Assembly (NCBI GenBank): GCA_963820525.1
Contig: CAWGAA010000001.1
Location: forward strand, 2,016,001 to 2,080,000
Source: an uncultured Spirochaetota bacterium
GTDB taxonomy: Bacteria; Spirochaetota; Spirochaetia; SZUA-6; Fen-1364
Direction: 5' to 3'
DNA length: 64,000 nucleotides
Shown here: positions 48,315 to 57,582 of the stretch, piece after piece
Layout of the letters: the number at the start of each line of letters is the position of its first letter
How positions within the stretch are numbered: position 1 is the stretch's first letter
Notes under the pieces: generated by a model
Seen by the model: the letters and a program-made list of their open reading frames with translations, nothing else
Databases searched by the model: none
What the model was told of the DNA's origin: nothing
Position numbers and translations under genes: made by a program

Positions 48315-50056
48315 CCCGCATTTCTCACAAACGGCACTCTGCGCAGTCTGATCATCATGAGGCGGGGCTCAACTTTGAAAAACGGTCTATTCCTTGCTGT
48401 CAGCCCCTACACGTAGATCGATTTCGTGACCCGAGTCAGTCCAATCGCCCGATTGAGCGCACTTTACAGCTCATAAGGGAAGATTCGGCGACTTCAGGAC
48501 AGTCTTCTCCCAATAAACTACTCAAGACAAGGCTCAATACACGCTAACCCGATTGAAGGGAGAGTTCGTGAATACTCAGAATCACCTGACGGAAAAGCTC
48601 TTGATATGGATAACCGCTTGCGAAGCTCACATAGATCCGGCGCACACTGACGCGCACCTGTGCGCCAATCTTCAATAGCTTCAAACGAATCGTGTCGCAC
48701 TGTGCCGAGGCCAGCTCTGTCCCCTTCAAAGCGGTCCTTCTGAGGGCACTCATGATTACGTAGGCCGCAGAGGAGAACCACAACCGAAGCTGATTCGCCC
48801 TCATCGTGGCGGAACTGGTTCGATCTGCAAAAAGGTAAAGCTGCTGTTCTTTGATACGATTCTCCATGTCTCCGCGAGCACAATAGAGCTGCTCGTACAG
48901 CTGCTGGCCAGGGAAGCGGTCCTGCATAAGTGAAGTCACCACAAACCGAGGGTTCTCTCCCTTGCGCAGATACTCCGCCTTGGCGACAACACGTCTGCTT
49001 TTCGACCATGTCTTTTTCGTCCGATAGATCAGCTCCGCGTACTTTCGCGACGGCTCACCAGTGGACAGATACTGCCTACGGGCTTCTGAAAGCTCCTTGC
49101 GGATCTTGCGTAAGAGGCGTGCGTTTTTCGCGATTCCGAACAGGAAATCCACGTCGTTGGACTCGCACCACACCATGATCGCTTCCCGGCAGAACCCGCT
49201 GTCGGCCCGCACAACAATACGTACCTGCGGCCATCGCTCACGGATCTGCGCAACGATCCTCGCCAACTCCTTCTCGGCACCCGAACATGCGTCTATATTG
49301 GAGGGACGTAGCTTCGCACATAAAAGATGATCCCCGCAGAAGATGTACAACGGCAGGTAGCAATAACAATCATAATAGCCATGAAAGAACCTGCCCTCTT
49401 GATTGCCGTGCAGAGGGTCGTCGGTTGCATCCAGATCCAACACGATTTCTTCAGGAGCTTGCTCATAACTGGCCAGGAATGTGTTCACCAGGAACATCCC
49501 AACCATTGTTTCGTTCACCGTGATTTTCTTGTATCGATGCGTAGAGAGGCTTGCCCCGCCGGCGGTCTCAAGCCGATTCAGCGTGCTTTTTCCGGCAAGG
49601 GCTTTGCCTCTGTCCCGTTTCTGCCTCCTCGTTTCCCCGTTGACATCGAGTTTCCCGCAAACGGCAGCCAGAACGGGATCTTTGCGCAGCTGGTCGTGAT
49701 CGTTGAGGTCTTCGTATCCCAGGCAAATGCCGAATACCCTTTGGCTTATCAATTGCTCGATGGAATGCTCGATATAGCCTTTCTCTCGATAGTCTGTGAA
49801 ACAGCCCGCGAATGCTTTGATGATGCCTGTGGCGCGTTCGACCTCTCGAAGAATGAGAGCGCCGGCATCGGAACTGATCGCGCCTCCGTCGAAGTTTCCG
49901 ACTACCTTTTTCTTGCCAAGGTCTTGAAAGCTAAACAGGGATGGTGTACAGTCTGTTTGCATCGTATAGCCTTTCTGTTCTGGTTTATTTTGTTTGTTGC
50001 AAAGCAATTATACCAGAGCGAAAGGCTTTTTCATATCCATTTGTGAGAAATGCGGG
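48315..50056 (-). mobile_element. Complete IS1380-family insertion sequence
   Basis: Perfect 17-bp terminal IRs CCCGCATTTCTCACAAA (48315-48331 / 50040-50056); TTAA on both sides (48311-48314, 50057-50060). Confidence 0.93.
48544..49962 (-). CDS. IS1380 family transposase
   Basis: FDGGAISSDAG, GYEDLNDHD, LDLDATDD, RADSGF, YCARGDMENRIKE. Confidence 0.95.
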   Translation of the reverse strand: MQTDCTPSLFSFQDLGKKKVVGNFDGGAISSDAGALILREVERATGIIKAFAGCFTDYREKGYIEHSIEQLISQRVFGICLGYEDLNDHDQLRKDPVLAAVCGKLDVNGETRRQKRDRGKALAGKSTLNRLETAGGASLSTHRYKKITVNETMVGMFLVNTFLASYEQAPEEIVLDLDATDDPLHGNQEGRFFHGYYDCYCYLPLYIFCGDHLLCAKLRPSNIDACSGAEKELARIVAQIRERWPQVRIVVRADSGFCREAIMVWCESNDVDFLFGIAKNARLLRKIRKELSEARRQYLSTGEPSRKYAELIYRTKKTWSKSRRVVAKAEYLRKGENPRFVVTSLMQDRFPGQQLYEQLYCARGDMENRIKEQQLYLFADRTSSATMRANQLRLWFSSAAYVIMSALRRTALKGTELASAQCDTIRLKLLKIGAQVRVSVRRIYVSFASGYPYQELFRQVILSIHELSLQSG

Positions 50057-50125
50057 TTAAGTATAGTACTGCATAGCGGGAAATCTGAAGGTAGCTTCTA
50101 CCGCATGTTCCCTGCGTCCCCTTAG

Positions 50126-50436
50126 GTAAAAGCTCCCTTCTGGTATGCGTCAATCACGTATAATGATTGGGTAGCTGGCGGCACAACGGACAGGGCCGCG
50201 GGAAGCGTCACACTCACTGGCGGTATGAAGGATAGATTAGTCAACATTGAGTTGAATACCAATCTTGTGCAATCCTGGGTGGGAGGCCAGAGTGAAAACC
50301 TGGGGGGATCCTTCAGGGAAATCTAAGCTCTGGAACAGCAAGCAATTCAGTTTCATTTTGTTCAAGCGACAACTACGGACCCTTCAGGCCCACTTTAATC
50401 GTCTACTATACGGTTCCCATCAGCGGTGCTCCATAG
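50126..50436 (+). pseudogene. Fragment resembling a DNRLRE/CBM96 domain C-terminus
   Basis: W.AGG...NLVQSWVGGQSENLG, frameshift in a G6 run, then GIL...FCSSDNYGPFRPTLIVYY; no start. Confidence 0.55.
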
Positions 50437-50659
50437 CTGGAGTGAGCCTCTTCGGCCCCCGCCTCGGGGTTCAAACACCCATCGGGGGCCTATCTATCCC
50501 GAGAGAGAGCCATGCAACAAGGTCGCCACTGACACTGTAGACAGTATATAACGCATCCTAGCTGTCCCGTGCCTTTTGATCGCACAGGTCTGCGCGCTAT
50601 TCAGTTGCGAACGGCGACAGTAACCGCCAACTGCATGTTGTGCGATGAGCGTTTGCATT

Positions 50660-51817
50660 TTATTCAATAAATTCCAAATCAATATCGTCTAATATTCTTA
50701 ATAGAGATGAATCCGTTTGATTAATAAGTAATATTGTTCCAATATTCTTATCCCTATAAATTCTAACTTCTGCAATGTATCCAAGTCCTCCACCCTGATG
50801 CCAGTAATACCTCATTCCATTTAAATTATTAATAAACCAGCTTATTGCCATGCTTTGTTTGCTGTTTGTAAATTGCTCTTTGAAAAATAATTCTTTCATT
50901 GGCTTGGATAAGACTTTTGAGTCTTCATTTAATAAATCAATAAATATTTTGGAGTATTCCTTAGAACTTGAAATAATACCACCATGGGATGGGAAATCAA
51001 AATACCAGGCATTTTCAAGGGTCTTATAATTCTTTTCTATTTGTATATCAGCTCCCTTCAAAAATAAGACCATTACTTTATAAAAAAGCGAATTTCTCAT
51101 GAAATAAGGTTTTGCAGAATTTGAATGATTTCTGTCTGAAAAATTAATTCTATTTTGATCTAATTGCAATATGTCAAAAATATTTTCTTTTATATAATCT
51201 TCGTATTTTCTACCAGAAACAGTTTCGATTATTTTTCCTAGAATAGCAAATCCTAAGTTTGAATAAGACCAATCTTTTCCGGGCTTGAATTTTAAATTAT
51301 TATTAGCATTCATGGCATTGAATAACAATTTATCGCTGTCAAAATAAATATGTTCATTCGACCAGTGTACATAAAAATTACCAAGGACAGGATTTGGTAT
51401 ACCTCCAGTATGCGACAAGACCTGATTAACAGTGACATTTTTATATGGAATATCCGTTATGTATTTTTCAAGATTATCATTTAAATTTATTCTTTTATTT
51501 TCGCTCAACTGCAATATTGCGATCGCAGTGATTAATTTTGTTGTTGAAAATACATTCATCGTATGATCAGAAGTCATTTTAATCTTATTTTTTATATCTG
51601 CAAAACCTGCTGCATATTCAAATATTATTCCGTCTTTATTAAATACTACATATTGCAGTCCCGGATAATCCTTGCTAGTGCATAATAATCTGTCTAAATA
51701 ATCTGCAACACGTTCCTTATTGTCAGATATTTGATTATCCATTATCTGTCTTTTATTACAGGACAATAAAAAGACACATAAGAATAGCAATAATATTCTT
51801 TTAGTAATTTCATTCAT
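50660..51817 (-). CDS. Serine hydrolase (beta-lactamase family) lipoprotein, strongly AT-rich
   Basis: FSTTK, LSHTGG, YSN, HQGG; LLSC lipobox. Confidence 0.9.
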   Translation of the reverse strand: MNEITKRILLLFLCVFLLSCNKRQIMDNQISDNKERVADYLDRLLCTSKDYPGLQYVVFNKDGIIFEYAAGFADIKNKIKMTSDHTMNVFSTTKLITAIAILQLSENKRINLNDNLEKYITDIPYKNVTVNQVLSHTGGIPNPVLGNFYVHWSNEHIYFDSDKLLFNAMNANNNLKFKPGKDWSYSNLGFAILGKIIETVSGRKYEDYIKENIFDILQLDQNRINFSDRNHSNSAKPYFMRNSLFYKVMVLFLKGADIQIEKNYKTLENAWYFDFPSHGGIISSSKEYSKIFIDLLNEDSKVLSKPMKELFFKEQFTNSKQSMAISWFINNLNGMRYYWHQGGGLGYIAEVRIYRDKNIGTILLINQTDSSLLRILDDIDLEFIE

Positions 51818-51997
51818 TAATAACCTCCAATTACAGCAAACGCTCGTGGCCCGAGGCCAACAGGGCCAAGGGCCATGTGACGGATCGGCGCGCTGCAGCG
51901 CCGCGGAGCCCGAGGCGCTCGTAAGGCTATTGCGCCATTTTATACCAAATCATTCATGCTTATCCAGAAATTCTTTCGGTGGATTATCCCGCCTGCC

Positions 51998-52564
51998 TTA
52001 CAGAAAAAAGAAGTATCTTGGTATGCGCTCCATGTACTGGCGATAATTTTCTCCATATTTATTTATACAGGCTTTTTCTTCATCAAGAATTTGTCTGTGG
52101 TAAATGATACCCACCAGAACTACCAACCCAATATAAAGCCATATCCCAGCAGCGATCGCCGAACCTAAGAGCGCAAAAAACAATCCCAGCCATTGAGGGT
52201 TACGTGAGATACGATAAGGCCCATTCACGACTGGTTGGCCGACAGGTGTTTTTCTGAAATAATAGAGAGCGCTCATTTCCAATACGAAGCCAATCAAATA
52301 GACTGTGGCACCTGAGAGAAAAACTGGATTACGGATATTCATTGGAGTTAAAATCATCATCAGAATATATGCCATCATCGCAAGTTGCCCGAACAGGCGA
52401 ATGAACGTGAACATGCTTTTATTCTCATATTTCGGATTATTGAAAAGCCAGACTCTTGCCTCCTTTGAGTACAATGATACAGAGATAATAAGCCCCATAA
52501 AATAGATGATGAGCGGTATCCATCCATTCACTATGCCTACTTGAAATGCGGGTAATAAATACAT
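51998..52564 (-). CDS. Isoprenylcysteine carboxyl methyltransferase/PEMT family membrane protein
   Basis: GPYRISRNPQW, EEKAC..KYG..Y..Y...IPRY. Confidence 0.85.
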   Translation of the reverse strand: MYLLPAFQVGIVNGWIPLIIYFMGLIISVSLYSKEARVWLFNNPKYENKSMFTFIRLFGQLAMMAYILMMILTPMNIRNPVFLSGATVYLIGFVLEMSALYYFRKTPVGQPVVNGPYRISRNPQWLGLFFALLGSAIAAGIWLYIGLVVLVGIIYHRQILDEEKACINKYGENYRQYMERIPRYFFFL

Positions 52565-52632
52565 CTCTTACTCCTGCGAAAATTGTAGCGGTACCGCCCA
52601 ACATTAATGTCGCCGCGGGTGTCCCTAGCTCA

Positions 52633-53238
52633 TCACCCTGCGCCGTGCTCGGTAACGTACTCGAGGTACCGCGAGGCCACAAGGTGGAGCACATAAAATG
52701 CGAAACGGGGATTTTGATAGTACAACTGGAGGACTTTGGCCTCGGTTATCTTGCCGATCGTCGAGTCTTCTGCGCAAACGGCCGTGCTGAGCCTCTCCTT
52801 CACGGGCGAGAAAATGCCGAATTCCCCGAGAGACGACCCTTTCCCCACGGTCTTTCCGAGATCCGGCAAGAGAACCGATCCCGAGAGAACGCAGTACATA
52901 GCATCGGCCTTATCGCCTCGCCGAAAAAGGACTTCGTTCTTCCTCATCCGGACCCTGGTCATGTGGGGAATCAAGATCTCGATGGACGGTTCGGCCTCCG
53001 AGACCTCCCTCACCTTTCTTATCAAAAGCATGACTTGAACCAGCCGGAGGATGTTGAGCGGAAAGAGGAAGACGTGAAGAATCAGCACGGGATAAAGCTG
53101 GCCGAAACCGCCGTAGATCATGAAGAAGACATTGGAGCAGATCGCGAGTATCCGGAGGGGAATCATCGTCTTGGAATAGAAGCTCGCCGCCACAAGAACG
53201 GAGGCGACGTAGCCGGCGATGTCGATCCACGTGATCAT
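52633..53238 (-). CDS. Membrane protein with cyclic-nucleotide-binding domain
   Basis: TM N-term (GYVASVLV..SF..KTMIPLRILAI.SN), LFRRGD, LGEFG. Confidence 0.85.
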   Translation of the reverse strand: MITWIDIAGYVASVLVAASFYSKTMIPLRILAICSNVFFMIYGGFGQLYPVLILHVFLFPLNILRLVQVMLLIRKVREVSEAEPSIEILIPHMTRVRMRKNEVLFRRGDKADAMYCVLSGSVLLPDLGKTVGKGSSLGEFGIFSPVKERLSTAVCAEDSTIGKITEAKVLQLYYQNPRFAFYVLHLVASRYLEYVTEHGAG

Positions 53239-54644
53239 GGTCTTTCTCCCGTGAAATGGATGGCCATGAGCGTGATGTCGTCGTACTGCTCGGCCTCTCC
53301 AGAGAATTCCTTGATCTTCGCCAGGACGTCTTCGATGATTCCATGGACATCCTTTCCCGTCCCGCAGATTTCGACCAGCGCATTCGTGAGTCTTTTTCCC
53401 GTGAACATCTCGCGCCCCGGATTGCTCGCCTCCGTGACGCCGTCGGTATAGAGGAAGAGAAAATCGCCCGGCATGAGGCGCAGCGTCTGGTTGCTGAACG
53501 TAAGAGCCGGCATGTTGCCGACAATGCAGTTCCTGTCCACGGGCACGAGCTTGAGTCCCGTCGGAGCGGAGAAGACAAACGGAGGCAGATGACCGCCGTT
53601 GGAGTACTCCGTCTCGCCCGTCTTGATGTCGAGGATTCCGCAGAATACCGTCACGAAGGAGCAGGATTCGTTGTCGGGATAAAGGATCTCGTTTACCCGC
53701 CTGAGCACCTCCTGAGGCGGGCAGCCGCGCATGGCCTCCGTCTTGAGGAGCGTCTTGACGATCGTCATGAAAAGAGCCGCCGGCACGCCTTTATCGGAGA
53801 CGTCGCCGACCAGGAAACAGAGCTTGTTCTCCCCCACGAGAAAGAAATCGTAGAAGTCCCCTCCCACGTCCTTGGCTGGATTCATGCAGGCGTAGATGTC
53901 GAATTCCTTCCTGTTGGGGAACGGCGGAAAGATCCTCGGAAGCATGCTGGCCTGTATTTCCTGGGCCGTCTTCAACTCGGCCTCGATCTTGTCCTTCTTG
54001 TTCTTGATCGACCTGTAGTTCAGCGCCCGATTCACCATGAAGGAAAACATAAAAAGCCCGAAGGAGTTGGCCACCGTCATGGGGATAATAATGCTTCGAA
54101 CAGTGCCCCAGGGATCCGGATTGGGCCCGGGGATCAGCACGACCAACAGCATGTGGAGCAATTCGAAGCATCCGGCGTAGAGGCCGGCGAAGAGCGGCCG
54201 GATGAATTTCTTTCTCATGACGAGGAAAACGATTCCGCCGAAGACGCCGGATAGAAAAGCGGCGAGGGAACAAGGAATCGTCGTGTTGCCGGGGATCGAG
54301 AGCCGATAGAGTCCGGTGATGAGCCCGGTCCCGATGCCGGCCACGGGGCCGCCAAGCATCCCCGCTATGGCTGCGGGAAGATCGCGGACGTTGGCGAACA
54401 CCCCCCCGCCCATGGGGAAGGCGTCGATCGACGCGAAGATCCCGAGGATGCCGAAAAGAACGATGATGACGATCGTGTCCTTCACACTGGAAAGCATTTT
54501 CTCCGAGCGCTCGATCCTATTGAGAGCGCCGGACTGGAAGAGGATGTAGAAGATAATCAAGAGGGTGCAGACGTACTGGATGAGATCGAAGAACATGATC
54601 AATCCGGTTGATATCCCGTCCCATGAGCCGGCTAGATTCGGCAT
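53235..54644 (-). CDS. SpoIIE/PP2C phosphatase with 5TM-LytS type membrane sensor (start uncertain)
   Basis: ANVRD..AAIAGMLGGPVAG; VGGDFYDF, GDVSDKG, YTDGVTEA, DDIT. Confidence 0.92.
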   Translation of the reverse strand: MPNLAGSWDGISTGLIMFFDLIQYVCTLLIIFYILFQSGALNRIERSEKMLSSVKDTIVIIVLFGILGIFASIDAFPMGGGVFANVRDLPAAIAGMLGGPVAGIGTGLITGLYRLSIPGNTTIPCSLAAFLSGVFGGIVFLVMRKKFIRPLFAGLYAGCFELLHMLLVVLIPGPNPDPWGTVRSIIIPMTVANSFGLFMFSFMVNRALNYRSIKNKKDKIEAELKTAQEIQASMLPRIFPPFPNRKEFDIYACMNPAKDVGGDFYDFFLVGENKLCFLVGDVSDKGVPAALFMTIVKTLLKTEAMRGCPPQEVLRRVNEILYPDNESCSFVTVFCGILDIKTGETEYSNGGHLPPFVFSAPTGLKLVPVDRNCIVGNMPALTFSNQTLRLMPGDFLFLYTDGVTEASNPGREMFTGKRLTNALVEICGTGKDVHGIIEDVLAKIKEFSGEAEQYDDITLMAIHFTGERP

Positions 54645-54663
54645 GAACCAAACTCCTTTCCCT

Positions 54664-55083
54664 TCAGAGATACTTGATGAGATCGAGAATGTTCTTGCCG
54701 TCCCGTCGGGCGTACTGCATGCGGTCCATGATGGTCGTCACCAGGTGGATGCCGAGCCCGCCCACGGGGCGCTGGTGGAGAGGCAGCGAGAGCGTATCCG
54801 GAGGGACTTGCGAGATCGGATTAAAGGGCACGCCGGAATCTGATATGGTGACGCAGAGGCCCGCGGGGTTGTTGGCGGGTTGGACTTCTATCTCCATGTC
54901 GCCCGTTGCTTCCGGGTACGCATATTGGATGATGTTGACGAGGATCTCCTCGCAGGCGAGCCGAATTCGAGAAACCCCGAGATTGTCGAAGCCCATGGTC
55001 CGCGCGATCCCTACCACGAAATCCAGCGCGTCCTCCAGATTGCAGAGTCGGGCTTCTTTTCTCAGATATGGCATAAAAGCCAC
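54664..55083 (-). CDS. Anti-sigma factor / Ser kinase (RsbW-like HATPase_c)
   Basis: EEILVNIIQYAY, DSGVPFNP, GGLGIHLV. Confidence 0.9.
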   Translation of the reverse strand: MAFMPYLRKEARLCNLEDALDFVVGIARTMGFDNLGVSRIRLACEEILVNIIQYAYPEATGDMEIEVQPANNPAGLCVTISDSGVPFNPISQVPPDTLSLPLHQRPVGGLGIHLVTTIMDRMQYARRDGKNILDLIKYL

Positions 55084-55090
55084 CCGGTTT

Positions 55091-55405
55091 TTAGTATTTG
55101 TCCTGCACGGTCATGAAATTGGCCAATCCCGTCAGATTGATGACGTCCAAGACCGCCTCCGAGGCGCCGATGAGAAAGACTCGACTGCCTTCTCCGACCT
55201 TCTGCTTGGCAAAGACTATGACCCGGATGCCGGCGCTCGAGATGTATTCGAGTTTCTCGGCGAAGAACACCATGTCGTTGATCTGTCGGCCTTTGTATCG
55301 GGCGATCTCTTCCGAAAGCGCCGGCGCATTGGCGGCATCCAGACGGCCAGAGAGGTGGATTTTCAGCACGCCGGTGTCGTATTCAACTTTGAATCGGGAT
55401 TCCAT
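55091..55405 (-). CDS. STAS anti-sigma factor antagonist (RsbV-like)
   Basis: LSGRLDA, LEYISSAGIR (phospho-Ser motif). Confidence 0.92.
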   Translation of the reverse strand: MESRFKVEYDTGVLKIHLSGRLDAANAPALSEEIARYKGRQINDMVFFAEKLEYISSAGIRVIVFAKQKVGEGSRVFLIGASEAVLDVINLTGLANFMTVQDKY

Positions 55406-55466
55406 ATCAACTCCTTAATTCGGCGGTTGTCCGTGGCCCCCCGGGGCAATTTTACATCGTTTTCCT

Positions 55467-57581
55467 TTACTTGCCAACGAGGATGATTATGGACCGCGGG
55501 CCGACGAGAATCTCGTCCTGGTCCAACGGAGCCTCCTTCCCCGGCTCCGCTATGTCTTGGGGGGGAGCCATTGCGGTGTTGGCGAAAACAAACCATCGTC
55601 TTTGCGGAGGCAGGCGAGGCGGTTCGAATCCGTGCATATCCCAGTGCATGTTCATGGCCACGTAGACGTCGTCGTCGGAGACCCGGCCTTGCCGGGCATG
55701 CCGGCCGCAGAGCATGAACGCGAGGCATCGGCTGGACGGCGAGAAATCCGCGTTCCACGCCTTTTGCCCGTGCCAGGTGATATCGGCGAATCCACTGCCC
55801 ATGTAGTCCTGATTTCTGAAATGCGCGGGACTGCGCAGCACCGAATGCGCTCGGCGAAACGCGATAATCCTTTTGAAGAACGCGCTTATCTCCTGGTTCT
55901 GTGTGAGCAAATCCCAGTTCAGCCAGGAAGTCTCGTTGTCTTGACAATACGCGTTGTTATTGCCGCCCTGCGTCCTTCCCATCTCGTCCCCGAAAAGGAT
56001 CATGGGCACTCCCTGGCTCACCATGAGAAGACTCACCGCGTTCTTGATCTGACGCGTTCGCAGTTCCCCAACGCCCGGATCCGAGGAGTGGCCTTCCCAA
56101 CCGCAGTTCCAGCTAAGGTTGTCGTTATTGCCGTCACGGTTATTCTCCCCATTGGCCTCGTTGTGTTTGGTGTTGTATGAGACCAGGTCCATGAGCGTAA
56201 ACCCGTCGTGGCAGGTGATGAAGTTGATCGAGGCGTTCGTGTTTCGCCTTTGCCACTCGTAGAGATCGGGAGATCCCTGAAGCCGTTGCGCCATGGCTGC
56301 CGCGCATCCTTCGTCCCCTTTGAGAAAACGACGAACATCGTCGCGATACCTGCCGTTCCATTCCGCCCAACGACCCCAGGAGGGGAAGGACCCGACCTGA
56401 TACAGGCCGCCCGCATCCCAGGCCTCCGCAATGAGCTTGCACTTGCCGAGGATGGGATCAAAAGCGAGGGTCTCCAGGAGCGGGGGATTGGCCATGGGCG
56501 CCCCGTTTTGGTCCCGGCCCAGTATGGAGGCGAGATCGAACCGGAATCCGTCCACATGGTACTCGGAAGCCCAGAATCGGAGACAATCGAGAATCATGGT
56601 GCGGACTATGGGGTTGTTGCAGTTGAGAGTGTTTCCACATCCCGAGAAATTGAGGTAGTAGCCGTCGGGGGTAAGCATGTAGTAGGTCTTGTTGTCGATA
56701 CCCCGATAGGAGATATAAGGGCCGTTTTCATTGCCTTCCGACGTGTGGTTGAAGACAACGTCCAGAATGACTTCAATGCCGGCACCATGGAGGGTCTTGA
56801 CCGTTGCCTTGAGCTCGTCCGCCTGCATGCCGAGTTTTCCCGTGGCGGCGTATCCGGCTTTGGGCGCAAAGAACCCGAGATTGGAGTAGCCCCAGTAGTT
56901 CAACAGGCGTTCGCCGGTGATGGGGGAGACGCGGGAGCCCTCGAACTCGTCGAACTCATGGATGGGCATGAGTTCCACGCAATTCACGCCGAAGTCCTTG
57001 AGATAGGGGATCTTCTCGCAAATGCCCGCGAACGTGCCGGGATGCCTGATCTTCGAAGACGAATGGGCGGTGAATCCCCTGACGTGCATCTCGTAGATCA
57101 CGAGATCCTCCATGGGGATTTCCAGGGGTTTGTCGCTCTCCCAATTGAAGTCGTCGAAAAACACGCGCGAACGGTGGGAGTACTTCCTGCGCCAGTCCGG
57201 TTCCCTGCCCCATTCGTCCCGGCCGGCGATTACCCGGGCATAGGGATCCGTCAAGAACTTCGTCCTGTCGAAGCGGTGTCCGCCGCCGGGATCAAACGGC
57301 CCATCCATCCGAAAGGCATAGTCGACGTTTTCAAAGTCGAAATCGAACACGATCATCGTGTACACATTCCCGATCCGGAATTCGTCCAGGAAGGGGATCA
57401 CGGCGAACGGCTCTTCCTCATCCTTTCGAAACAGAGCCAGCTCGCAGGACACGGCGTGAGACGAGAACACGGAGAAGTTGACGCCCTCAGGCACGAGCGT
57501 CGCTCCGAAGGGCAGCGGCTTGCCGACGCGGAGGTCGAATCCGGCCATCTTGTGCGTGGGATGCGTGTCGATTCGTATCAT
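55467..57581 (-). CDS. glgX: Glycogen debranching enzyme / isoamylase (GH13)
   Basis: NYWGY, DVVFNHT, DGFRFDLAS, IAEAWD, CHDGFTL, GNNNAYCQDN. Confidence 0.95.
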   Translation of the reverse strand: MIRIDTHPTHKMAGFDLRVGKPLPFGATLVPEGVNFSVFSSHAVSCELALFRKDEEEPFAVIPFLDEFRIGNVYTMIVFDFDFENVDYAFRMDGPFDPGGGHRFDRTKFLTDPYARVIAGRDEWGREPDWRRKYSHRSRVFFDDFNWESDKPLEIPMEDLVIYEMHVRGFTAHSSSKIRHPGTFAGICEKIPYLKDFGVNCVELMPIHEFDEFEGSRVSPITGERLLNYWGYSNLGFFAPKAGYAATGKLGMQADELKATVKTLHGAGIEVILDVVFNHTSEGNENGPYISYRGIDNKTYYMLTPDGYYLNFSGCGNTLNCNNPIVRTMILDCLRFWASEYHVDGFRFDLASILGRDQNGAPMANPPLLETLAFDPILGKCKLIAEAWDAGGLYQVGSFPSWGRWAEWNGRYRDDVRRFLKGDEGCAAAMAQRLQGSPDLYEWQRRNTNASINFITCHDGFTLMDLVSYNTKHNEANGENNRDGNNDNLSWNCGWEGHSSDPGVGELRTRQIKNAVSLLMVSQGVPMILFGDEMGRTQGGNNNAYCQDNETSWLNWDLLTQNQEISAFFKRIIAFRRAHSVLRSPAHFRNQDYMGSGFADITWHGQKAWNADFSPSSRCLAFMLCGRHARQGRVSDDDVYVAMNMHWDMHGFEPPRLPPQRRWFVFANTAMAPPQDIAEPGKEAPLDQDEILVGPRSIIILVGK

Positions 57582-57582
57582 G

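Noticed and set aside
50454..50490. GGGGTTCAAA hairpin resembling a tRNA T-arm or att site
   Set aside because: No cloverleaf, no CCA end, no integrase nearby
50660..51817. Antibiotic-resistance beta-lactamase mobilised by IS1380
   Set aside because: Motifs only support the broad serine hydrolase family; the IS has matching TTAA on both of its own ends, so it did not carry this gene
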